Source: Nitrospirota bacterium (lineage in GTDB: Bacteria; Nitrospirota; UBA9217). From it: a stretch of DNA of 64,000 bases. The position numbers and the translations under genes were made by a program. The stretch is from NCBI GenBank assembly GCA_035516175.1, contig DATJAO010000062.1, forward strand, positions 14,040-78,039, given 5' to 3'. The notes under the pieces were generated by a model. It was not told where the DNA came from. It saw only the letters and a program-made list of their open reading frames with translations, and searched no databases. Positions 47,185 through 55,685 of the stretch are shown here, in pieces; position 1 is the stretch's first letter; the number at the start of each line of letters is the position of its first letter.

Positions 47185-49161
47185 ATGTCGAAGAAACATA
47201 AGGTCATTTTCCAGCCCTCGGGCAGGCGCGGCGAGATCGAGGAAGGTAAGACCATCCTCGAGGCAGCCCAGGCCCTGGGCGTTGACATCGAAGGGCTCTG
47301 CGGCAATAAGAAGGTCTGCGGCAAATGCAAGGTGAGGATCGAGGAGGGCTACTTCGAGAAGGACAACATCGACTCGGGAATGACACACCTCTCGCCGCTA
47401 ACCGAGGCGGAGAAGAAGCACATCAAACCCGAGGATGGGCCCGGCATCCGGCTGTCCTGCACCGCGGAAGTACACGGCGATATCAAGGTCTTCGTGCCCG
47501 AGCGGTCGCGGGCCGGCAAGCAGGTGGTGCGCAAGGCTGCTAAGGAGCTGACGATCAAGCTCGATCCGGCGGTGAAGAAGTACAACGTGGACCTCGTGCC
47601 GCCGACACTCCACGATATGACTACGGGAGACTGGGAGCGAGTGCTCAAGTTCCTCGAGGACGACTACGGACTCAAGGGGCTCACCTTCGATTACCTCGTC
47701 CTGAAGGACCTCCAGGACCTCCTGCGTAAGGGCGAATGGAAGGCCACGGTCACGGTCTGGATGGACAAGGAGATCATCAAGGTGGAACCGGGGTTCGTCG
47801 AAGAGAGCTACGGGCTGGCCGTGGACATCGGCACCACGACCTGCGTGGGCTACCTCACGGACCTCAGCACAGGCAAGGTGGTAAACACCGAGTCCATGAT
47901 GAACCCCCAGGTTCCCTACGGCGAGGACGTGATGTCCCGCATCACCTACGCGATGAGCAATCCCCGCGGGCTCGAGACCATGCAAAAGGCGATAATCCAG
48001 GGCCTGAACGAGATCATCGAGCGAGTGGTGACCGAGATCAGGAAGGACGGTCCCAACCCGGGGCATATCATCGATGATCTCACGATCGTGTTCAACACGG
48101 CAATGCACCACATCTTTCTGGGTCTGAACCCCGAGTATATCGGCCGTTCACCCTTCATTCCCGCGGTCCAGAGCTCGCTCGACCTGAAGGCGCGCGACCT
48201 AGGGCTCCGGATCAATCCTGCGGCGTACATCCACGTCCTGCCCATCGAAGCGGGCTTTGTGGGCGCGGACAACGTGGGCGTGCTGATTGCTGAGGAGCCT
48301 TACAACCAGGACGAGAACGTGCTGATCATTGACATTGGAACGAACGGCGAGCTGCTCATGGGGAACCGGAACAAGGTCTGCTCCACGTCCTGCGCAACGG
48401 GACCGGCCTTCGAAGGCGCCCAGATCAAGTTCGGCATGCGCGCAGCGCCAGGCGCCATCGAGACCGTGGAGATCGATCCCGCGACCAAGGAGCCCCGCTA
48501 CAAGGTCATCGGCAAGGCGGACTGGCACACACACATCGAGAACGTGAACGCCAAGGGCCTCTGTGGCTCCGCCATCATACAGGTCGTCGCCGAGATGTTC
48601 AGGGCGGGTATCGTGGACAAAAGCGGACGGTTCGTCATGGATCTGGGAACACCGCGCGTTCGGAAGGACGCCGATGGCAAGCCGGAGTACGTGCTCGCTT
48701 GGGCCTCCGAAACCTCCATCGGCCAGGACATCACCATTACCCAGGGCGACGTGCGGGCGCTCCAGCTGGCCAAAGGTGCACTTTACACCGGCGCGAAGCT
48801 CATGATGAAACGGCTCGGTATTGCCACGCTGGACCGGGTGATCCTCGCCGGCGCCTTCGGGAGCCACATCGACCGCGAGGCGTCCATGACGCTCGGCATG
48901 TTCCCGGACTGTTCTCTCGACAAGGTCTACGCCGTGGGCAACGCGGCCGGAGACGGTTCGCGTATGGCGCTCCTGAATCGGGACAAGCGGCGCGAAGCGA
49001 ACGAGCGTGCTCGGTGGGTCGAGTTCGTCGAGATCGCCACAGATCCGCTGTTCGAGAGGGAGTTCATGCAGGCGATGCACATCCCGCACATGAAGGACAT
49101 GTTCCCGAACTTGAAGGAGCTTCTTGCAAAGAAGGGGAGCACAGTGGAGATCAAGGGGTAG
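47185..49161 (+). CDS. RamA-type corrinoid reductive activase (N-terminal 2Fe-2S ferredoxin plus ASKHA/DUF4445 ATPase)
   Basis: Start moved to the ATG at 47185, with GGGAGGA upstream. Plant-type ferredoxin Cys pattern LCGNKKVCGKCKV...RLSCTA. ASKHA motifs GLAVDIGTTT, IIDIGTNGE, CATGPAFEG and GNAAGDG. Confidence 0.85.
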   Translation: MSKKHKVIFQPSGRRGEIEEGKTILEAAQALGVDIEGLCGNKKVCGKCKVRIEEGYFEKDNIDSGMTHLSPLTEAEKKHIKPEDGPGIRLSCTAEVHGDIKVFVPERSRAGKQVVRKAAKELTIKLDPAVKKYNVDLVPPTLHDMTTGDWERVLKFLEDDYGLKGLTFDYLVLKDLQDLLRKGEWKATVTVWMDKEIIKVEPGFVEESYGLAVDIGTTTCVGYLTDLSTGKVVNTESMMNPQVPYGEDVMSRITYAMSNPRGLETMQKAIIQGLNEIIERVVTEIRKDGPNPGHIIDDLTIVFNTAMHHIFLGLNPEYIGRSPFIPAVQSSLDLKARDLGLRINPAAYIHVLPIEAGFVGADNVGVLIAEEPYNQDENVLIIDIGTNGELLMGNRNKVCSTSCATGPAFEGAQIKFGMRAAPGAIETVEIDPATKEPRYKVIGKADWHTHIENVNAKGLCGSAIIQVVAEMFRAGIVDKSGRFVMDLGTPRVRKDADGKPEYVLAWASETSIGQDITITQGDVRALQLAKGALYTGAKLMMKRLGIATLDRVILAGAFGSHIDREASMTLGMFPDCSLDKVYAVGNAAGDGSRMALLNRDKRREANERARWVEFVEIATDPLFEREFMQAMHIPHMKDMFPNLKELLAKKGSTVEIKG

Positions 49162-49389
49162 ACGAAGTGTGGAATACGGACTACGGCATGAGAAAAGCAA
49201 TTCTTGATGTTCTCTGTGACTGCTGTTGATGAGAAGATATTTTGCAACCGCATCAAAAGGTATAATAGGATTATTACCGCGGACTCCCTCCCGGTGATAA
49301 TGTGGCGCAGGGGCGGGAAGGCATTCCCCGGACGTCGTTTCTTCCCGCCCCTCTTTCTAAGGGGAATACGGCTTGAGGACAAGAGGCAC

Positions 49390-49707
49390 ATGACAACGGT
49401 CGTCGTCAACTCCGGAGCGTGCGGTTTTACGATCACTATAAAGGCCAAGAAGGGAAAAGAAAGGAAGATCGACATATCCCTGAACACGGCCTGTGAGATG
49501 GTGCAGAAGATGCTTGCCGATATCGCGACCGTGGACCATAGGGTGACGCTCATAGGTTTCCGCGACAATCCGGTCTATGTGTCCGCGGCGAAGCACCTCA
49601 AACACGTAGCTTGTCCGGTTCCGTCGGCGATACTGAAAGCCATTGAGACGGAAACAGGCATGAACGTGCCAAAGGATGCTCGGATAGAGTTCGTCCGGGA
49701 GGAATGA
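49390..49707 (+). CDS. Small Cys-containing hypothetical protein
   Basis: Start moved to the ATG at 49390 (MTTVVVNSGACGFTITIKAKKGK), with GAGGA about 11 nt upstream. 105 aa. No motif recognised. Confidence 0.45.
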   Translation: MTTVVVNSGACGFTITIKAKKGKERKIDISLNTACEMVQKMLADIATVDHRVTLIGFRDNPVYVSAAKHLKHVACPVPSAILKAIETETGMNVPKDARIEFVREE

Positions 49708-49785
49708 CGGTGCTGGTGGCTTTCCCATTATCCCGTACGAAGCCAATGTGTTATACTGATATTACCACTTTGGGAATGGGCGGCC

Positions 49786-50472
49786 ATGGGTACGATAGTG
49801 ATTGTTGCTGCATATGGTGTGTATGCGGCGTTCTGGATACGGTTCTTGCTGCATGCACTGCTTTGGTGGAAGGCGGTGACACGGCCCGCCACGATCGTCG
49901 GACCTTTGTCGCCATCGTCTGTCAAGGCATGGGCCTTTTCGGCACGGGACGTGGTCCTTTTCTGGAGACTTTTAAAAGTCAACCCAGCGCTGTGGTTCGG
50001 CGAATGGCTGTTCCATGTGTCGTTCCTGTTCGTTATCATGCGGCACCTGCGCTATGTTTTTCTCCCCGTCCCGGAGTGGGTATGGTGGTTCCAGATTCCC
50101 GGGCTGATCGCCGGATATATCCTTCCTCTGTCCCTGCTCTATATCTTCATCGTCCGGATGTTCTCGGTCCGGGAAAAATATTCTACGCCTGCCAACATGG
50201 TTCTGTTGGGCCTGCTGTTCGTGATCAGTTCCCTTGGCCTGCTGATGGTCACTCTGTTCAGGACCGATGTCGTGGCGGTAAAATTGTTCACCATCGGCAT
50301 CCTGAGCGTTACACCGGCCGCTGTGCCGGGCAGCATCCTGTTCCTGCTGCATTTTTCCCTGGTCTTGATCCTGATCCCTTTACTCCCGACCCACATCCTG
50401 ACCGCTCCGTTGGTGATGCTGGAGGCGAGGAAACGGGATTTGGGGCTTCCCCTGGTGATGCATGAAGAATAA
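49786..50472 (+). CDS. NarI/HdrE/DsrM-like integral membrane cytochrome b-type subunit
   Basis: 228 aa with about five hydrophobic helices. Conserved-looking His residues sit in helices (FLLHALLWW, WLFHVSFLFVIMRHL, LLHFSL, PTHIL). The 3' end overlaps the HdrD-like gene by 11 nt. Confidence 0.6.
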   Translation: MGTIVIVAAYGVYAAFWIRFLLHALLWWKAVTRPATIVGPLSPSSVKAWAFSARDVVLFWRLLKVNPALWFGEWLFHVSFLFVIMRHLRYVFLPVPEWVWWFQIPGLIAGYILPLSLLYIFIVRMFSVREKYSTPANMVLLGLLFVISSLGLLMVTLFRTDVVAVKLFTIGILSVTPAAVPGSILFLLHFSLVLILIPLLPTHILTAPLVMLEARKRDLGLPLVMHEE

Positions 50473-51664
50473 GCAGTCATTTACCGAAGATCTTTCGCCC
50501 CGGCAAATCCTTGAAATCGACGCTTGCACCCAGTGTGGCGAGTGCCTGAAGCACTGCCCCGTACAGGACGTGACGGGCAACCCCGCGGTTTCACCACCGG
50601 AGAAGATCCGCATGTTCCGTGAGTTCATCCGTGCCTCTGACGGTCTTAAGGCCAAGCTCTTCGGGCCGGGCGAGGTGGACCGTAAACTGCTTGAGGATTT
50701 CACCCGGGCAGTATTTGAATGTACTACCTGCGGAGCCTGCGGCCAGAACTGCCCCGTCGGCATTTTCACACAGCGGCTCTGGCCCATGCTCAGGAAAGAG
50801 ATGGTAAAGCGGGGCCTCGGCCCCATCGGCATCCAGGCGAACTTGCCGAAGGCCATTACGAGCAGCGGCAATCCCTATGATAAGCCTGCAGCCGATCGTT
50901 ACCGGCCCTGGTTCCCGGAGAATGCAAAGGTGGCCGACCGGGCGGACGTGGCCTATTACGCCGGATGCACGGGCTCCTATGAGGCGCAGCCCATGGTGCG
51001 CGGAGACGCCCTCGTGCTGGGCGCCATGGGTGAGCCATTCACCATGCTGCCACCGGACGAGGAGGTCTGCTGTGGATTCCCGCTCTTCATCACGGGACAG
51101 CACGACCTGCTCGAGGACCTGGTCAAGAGGCTTGTGGAAGGATACAAGGCCAAGGGCGTACGGACGCTCGTCTGTTCGTGCCCCTGCTGCGTGAACATCA
51201 TGTCGCGGGACTGGCCAGCGATCTACGGCCATGAGCTGCCCTTCACGATACGGCATATTACCCAGTTCGTTGCTACAGCCATGGAGCAGGGAAAACTTCG
51301 TATCTCGAAAGAACTGCACGAACGGGTGATCTACCACGACCCCTGCTATCTCAGCAGGGGAGTTGGAGTCATTGAGGAGCCCCGTGAGGTGCTCCGGCGC
51401 ATCCCCGGGCTCACGCTGCTTGAGTTCGAGCGGCACGGCCTGAACTCGCGCTGCTGCGGCTCCGGCGGCGCCGCACGGAAGGTGTTTCATGAGAATGCCA
51501 TCAAGATGGGAAGGCTGACGATCGACGAGGCTGTCAAAAAAAAGGCGGATCGGTTGATCCTGTCCTGTCCCGCGTGCTACGCCAAGGTGAACGAGGCAAT
51601 GCAGGAGCATGACAAGCAGATCAGGATCACCGACATCATGGAACTGATTTCAAGTTTGATTTAA
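50462..51664 (+). CDS. HdrD/DsrK-like Fe-S oxidoreductase (two 4Fe-4S motifs plus two CCG domains)
   Basis: 400 aa. Cluster motifs CTQCGECLKHCP and CTTCGACGQNCP. CCG motifs EVCCGFP and SRCCGSGG, with DPCY between them. Confidence 0.85.
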   Translation: MKNKQSFTEDLSPRQILEIDACTQCGECLKHCPVQDVTGNPAVSPPEKIRMFREFIRASDGLKAKLFGPGEVDRKLLEDFTRAVFECTTCGACGQNCPVGIFTQRLWPMLRKEMVKRGLGPIGIQANLPKAITSSGNPYDKPAADRYRPWFPENAKVADRADVAYYAGCTGSYEAQPMVRGDALVLGAMGEPFTMLPPDEEVCCGFPLFITGQHDLLEDLVKRLVEGYKAKGVRTLVCSCPCCVNIMSRDWPAIYGHELPFTIRHITQFVATAMEQGKLRISKELHERVIYHDPCYLSRGVGVIEEPREVLRRIPGLTLLEFERHGLNSRCCGSGGAARKVFHENAIKMGRLTIDEAVKKKADRLILSCPACYAKVNEAMQEHDKQIRITDIMELISSLI

Positions 51665-51756
51665 AATGGCGACTTGCCTGCTTACAGGCTTTAAAGCTTT
51701 TACTATGTTCATCCGTGGTTAATGTGGGTTCCGGATTTTGTCGAAGGTGAGACATC

Positions 51757-53013
51757 ATGAGCCATTATTCCATACGATGCAGGAAGTGCGGAAAGATCCT
51801 TGGGAATTCCTACTGCGCCGACTGCGAGCACTGTAAAGATGCTCTCCTCGTGACCGAGTATCGCAATCACCTCTTCATGGAGAGCGGGGCGAAGGGCGTC
51901 TGGAGGTTTAACTGGCTTCCAGTCCATCAGCCTCATTCCGTCCAACCGGGACCAGTCGTGTATCGTTCCATCGGTCTCGCGGAGCATCTCAGCCTCAAGG
52001 AGCTCTTCATCGCTTTCAACGGCTACTGGCCAGAGAAAGGGGCGCTGCTCGAGACCTGTACCTTCAAGGAGTTTGAGGCCGCCGTAGTGCTCCAGAACGC
52101 CCGGGAGAACGGTGTCGGTGGCCTGATCGTCGCATCGGCGGGGAACACTGCGCGGGCCTTCGCGCACCTTTCGGCGAAGAAGGGCTTGCCGGTGGTCATC
52201 GTTGTGCCGCGGATGTGTCTGACAGAAATGTGGTATCTCGAAAGCTCTTCCTTGGTGCCCACGCTGGCCGTGGGAGACGGCGACTACTCGGACTCCATCG
52301 ATGTGGCGAAGCGCATCGCCCTGACCACGGGCTTCCCGTTTGAGGGAGGAGTAAAGAATATCGCAAAACGAGACGGCCTCGGTATCGTGATGCTTGAGGC
52401 GGTTTCGAAGATAGGAAAACTGCCGGACCACTATGTCCAGGCCGTAGGAAGCGGCACCGGCGCAGTCGGAGGCTGGGAAATGGCAGAGCGGCTCGTCAGG
52501 GACGGTAGGTTCGGTACGCGCCTGCCGAAACTCCACCTGGGGCAAAACGTGCCCTTTGTGCCCATGCTCCATGCCTGGGAGAAAGGTAGCAGGTCTTTGT
52601 TTCGCGAGGACCTGAATCCCGAGCTTATCGGCCACATCACAACGCGCGTGCTTTCGACCCGCTACCCGGCCTATTCGGTGCAAGGCGGCGTGTTCGATGC
52701 CCTTACCTCGGCCGGCGGCGGAATGTACGGCGTTGAGAACGAGGCGGTATATGCAGCAATGGACGAGTTCCTCAAGACCGAGGGGATCGACCTTGTTCCT
52801 GCATCGGGTGTCGCCGTAGCTGTGCTCAAAGATGCCGTGCGGAAAGGCACGATCGGGAAGAGCGATACCATCCTTCTGAACATCACCGGCGGTGGCGAGG
52901 CGCGGTTACGGAAGGATAAGCAGACCCATATGGTCATCCCGAAGTTCATATCGAAGAACGCGACGGAGAAAGATATCGAGGACCTGCTGTGCCACGACCT
53001 GAAGAAGAGTTAA
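51757..53013 (+). CDS. Cysteate synthase-like PLP enzyme (threonine synthase fold)
   Basis: 418 aa. N-terminal Cys-rich ribbon RCRKCGK...CADCEHC. The lysine region TCTFKEFEA replaces the PTGSFKDRG motif of true threonine synthases. SAGNTARAFA is present. The 3' end overlaps a ComDE-like gene. Assigned from recalled family features and gene context. Confidence 0.6.
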   Translation: MSHYSIRCRKCGKILGNSYCADCEHCKDALLVTEYRNHLFMESGAKGVWRFNWLPVHQPHSVQPGPVVYRSIGLAEHLSLKELFIAFNGYWPEKGALLETCTFKEFEAAVVLQNARENGVGGLIVASAGNTARAFAHLSAKKGLPVVIVVPRMCLTEMWYLESSSLVPTLAVGDGDYSDSIDVAKRIALTTGFPFEGGVKNIAKRDGLGIVMLEAVSKIGKLPDHYVQAVGSGTGAVGGWEMAERLVRDGRFGTRLPKLHLGQNVPFVPMLHAWEKGSRSLFREDLNPELIGHITTRVLSTRYPAYSVQGGVFDALTSAGGGMYGVENEAVYAAMDEFLKTEGIDLVPASGVAVAVLKDAVRKGTIGKSDTILLNITGGGEARLRKDKQTHMVIPKFISKNATEKDIEDLLCHDLKKS

Positions 53014-54134
53014 TAGCAATACTGAAAAGGAACGGTGTAGATTTCACCGCATCGCTCCCCTGTGAGAAGATCAAGACCTTGCTCGAGATGGTAGGCCGGT
53101 CCTTCACTCACCTTCCGCTGACGAGGGAAGAGGAGGGCGTGGGCATCTGCGCCGGCGCGGCCCTCGCTTGCAGGAAGCCGGCTATGTTTGTTCAAAGTTC
53201 AGGAATCGGGAACATGATCAATGCCCTGCTCTCCCTCACGGCGTTCTATGAACTTCCCCTTGCCCTGTTCGTGAGTCGGAGGGGAATTTACAAGGAGAAG
53301 ATCGAGGCTCAGTTCCCCATGGGCCGGCGGCTCCCTAGCATCCTGACAGGCGCAGGGATCAATCATGCCGAAATAAACAGCAGAGAAGATTTCAGTATTG
53401 TGGAACAGAAGCTTCAGCACGTGTATCCCAAGAGCAGCATCCATGCATTTCTGTTAAGCCCGGCTATATGGGAAAATTCCGAGTGCGAAGTGTCTAGTGT
53501 GGAGTGCGGGATTAAAAAAGACAAAAAAACTCCTGAGACTTTGGGCGAAAGGCGAGAAGCAAAAGTAAGGCAACATGCGCAGTTGACCCGGTACGAGATC
53601 ATCAGGCTAATCGCATCGTACCTTGACAGGAAAGTCGTTGTCAGTAATCTCGGCTGGCCTTCCAAGGAACTCTATGCTCTAAAGCATCAGCCCTCGAATT
53701 TCTACATGCTGGGAAGTATGGGGATGGTCACGCCCATCGGACTAGGCATCGCGCTTACGTCATCTAAAGAAATCATCGTGATCGACGGCGACGGCAGCCT
53801 GCTCATGAATCCCGGCAGCCTCGCAACGGCAGCCTCTGTTGCGCCATACAATCTAACCATCATCGCCATCGATAACGGTGCATACGGCTCAACAGGAAAC
53901 CAGCCGACGCTGGCTGGGACCTGCGTAGATCTTGAATACGTGGCGCAGGGGTTCGGGATCAGGAATACCGTGAAAGTGGCGAGTGAAGAGCAGATTGTTG
54001 GAGTGATGCAGAAACCGCGGTCTGGGCTGACTTTTATTCACGTCTTGGCTATTCCGGGAAACAGGGACGTGCCGAATATCCCCCTGCACCATCTGGAAAT
54101 TAAAAAGCAGGTGCAGGAATTTTTGAAGAGATGA
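52989..54134 (+). CDS. comDE: Sulfopyruvate decarboxylase, fused alpha-beta (ComDE-like, ThDP-dependent)
   Basis: 381 aa. LPLTREEEGVGICAGAALA and RRGIYKEKIEAQFPMGRRL match what I recall of ComD (PVTREEEGIGICAGAYLAG, RG...EKI.AQ.PMGR), not phosphonopyruvate decarboxylase. The C-terminal half has the ThDP motif VIDGDGSLLMN...IDNGAYGSTG. GTG start, uncertain. Confidence 0.78.
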   Translation: MPRPEEELIAILKRNGVDFTASLPCEKIKTLLEMVGRSFTHLPLTREEEGVGICAGAALACRKPAMFVQSSGIGNMINALLSLTAFYELPLALFVSRRGIYKEKIEAQFPMGRRLPSILTGAGINHAEINSREDFSIVEQKLQHVYPKSSIHAFLLSPAIWENSECEVSSVECGIKKDKKTPETLGERREAKVRQHAQLTRYEIIRLIASYLDRKVVVSNLGWPSKELYALKHQPSNFYMLGSMGMVTPIGLGIALTSSKEIIVIDGDGSLLMNPGSLATAASVAPYNLTIIAIDNGAYGSTGNQPTLAGTCVDLEYVAQGFGIRNTVKVASEEQIVGVMQKPRSGLTFIHVLAIPGNRDVPNIPLHHLEIKKQVQEFLKR

Positions 54135-54293
54135 TCCGAATGCATCGGAACGGAAAAAGATTACACGACGAGTCTCGAAGAGCACAGAAGAAAAGCATTT
54201 GAATCTTCTTATGTTTTCTCTTTTTTCTCCATTAGCCCCGTGACTTCATGGGAGATCTTCTTTCCTTTCGTCAATAAGTTATACTGTTCATTA

Positions 54294-54917
54294 CTACAAT
54301 CTTCCCGTCTTCTGGTACTCCTGAACATAAAGCCTGATCGCCCGCAGCATGATCCAGTCCAAGGTAACGCTGTTGTCCGTTGCAATCCGGATGAGTTCGT
54401 CAATCAGCTCCTTATCGATGGTAGGTTGACCAACAGGTTGAGATGCGGAAACTTCTTCTTCTGTCTTTGTCTCCGTGCCGTGCCTCCCTTTCTGGTGTTC
54501 CCGGCGAAGAAGGTCCATAAGCTCCCTTACATCACCGCCTTGTATCGCTTGTCTAACATCATCCGGTATCTCTTCTGCTGACGGTCTCTGCCCTGAAGTC
54601 GCGTTTTCCGATGAAAGCGGCTGCTCCCTGTTCTCAGGTGTATGCGATGAGACTGCAGTGTTGCCCGCAGGCATTATCCCCGTCATACCCATCATCATGG
54701 TTGCAAGGTTTCGGGCATATTCATTGTCCGGCATTTCCTGCTGGAGAAATTCCTCGAGCTTTCCCTCTGACATGGCAGCGGCCATGCGATCTGCCATGAG
54801 TGTTGTCTGCTCTTCCTGTTCAGACCGTTTTTTTCTGCCGAAGGCGGTTGTCAGTGGCTTTGGTAAAGGCTTTTCTTTATCGGTTTTTTTCATGTTCTCC
54901 TTTGGACCAGTTTCCAT
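54294..54917 (-). CDS. Hypothetical protein, low-complexity with a possible ribbon-helix-helix-like C-terminus
   Basis: 207 aa. It has a charged, disordered-looking body. The C-terminal segment is TIDKELIDELIRIATDNSVTLDWIMLRAIRLYVQEYQ. Confidence 0.4.
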   Translation of the reverse strand: METGPKENMKKTDKEKPLPKPLTTAFGRKKRSEQEEQTTLMADRMAAAMSEGKLEEFLQQEMPDNEYARNLATMMMGMTGIMPAGNTAVSSHTPENREQPLSSENATSGQRPSAEEIPDDVRQAIQGGDVRELMDLLRREHQKGRHGTETKTEEEVSASQPVGQPTIDKELIDELIRIATDNSVTLDWIMLRAIRLYVQEYQKTGRL

Positions 54918-55228
54918 CGCAGCTGCAGAACGGCATTACTGCTTCCCGGGGTCTGTTTACAGTCAGGAGGCAAAGTTTTGGACTTATATTCGTACTCAAA
55001 GGTAACGGATCCCGCCATGCACTTCTCCGCGGTATGCAGATACAATATATCACGGTCAAGACATTGTCAAGACGGTTCGCTTAATTAACCCTCTGCTGCT
55101 GTTAATTTAATTATTGCAGTAATTGAAAAGAAAAGGTAAATTGGATTCAAGCAATTCCTCTCGCAGCCGCATAGGAATTCAGCGTTCTTATGATCCGGCT
55201 CCAATATCATAAAGATTAAAAGGAGAAA

Positions 55229-55660
55229 ATGATGGCGCAGGCAAAGCAAGGTGACACCGTAAATGTACACTACACCGGGAAGCTTGAGGACGGGACGGTG
55301 TTTGACTCATCCCGGGACCGGCATCCGCTGCAGTTTGTCCTCGGCAAGGGCCAGGTCATTGCCGGCTTCGAGCAGGCCGTGATCGGGATGAACACCGGAG
55401 AATCAAGAACAGTAAACATCCCCATGGAGCAGGCATACGGGCCCCATCGTTCAGATATGATCGTGACCATGGACCGGAGCCAGCTTCCTGCGGATCTAAA
55501 CCCCCGGGTCGGACAGCGGCTGGAACTCACCCAGATGGACGATCAGACCATTCTAGTGACGGTGACCGATATCAGCGAATCAAGCATGACGCTCGATGCA
55601 AACCATCCTCTTGCAGGCAAGACCCTAACGTTCGATATCGAGCTTATCGGAATCAGGTAG
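55229..55660 (+). CDS. slyD: FKBP-type peptidyl-prolyl cis-trans isomerase (SlyD/FkpB-like, no His-rich tail)
   Basis: 143 aa. Motifs GDTVNVHYTGKLEDGTVFDSS, GKGQVIAGFEQAVIGM and NHPLAGKTLTFDIELIGI. Confidence 0.9.
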   Translation: MMAQAKQGDTVNVHYTGKLEDGTVFDSSRDRHPLQFVLGKGQVIAGFEQAVIGMNTGESRTVNIPMEQAYGPHRSDMIVTMDRSQLPADLNPRVGQRLELTQMDDQTILVTVTDISESSMTLDANHPLAGKTLTFDIELIGIR

Positions 55661-55685
55661 AACGATCCTTTTCCCATATCTGCGC

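Noticed and set aside
44979-52683. Long antisense ORFs 44979..45818(-), 48199..49200(-), 50591..51610(-) and 51709..52683(-), plus the alternative-frame ORF 49704..50465(+)
   Set aside because: Each lies opposite or out of frame with an ORF carrying clear family motifs (MtaA-like, RamA-like, HdrD-like, ThrC-like, HdrE-like). Their own translations are Arg/His/Gly-rich with no recognisable domains.
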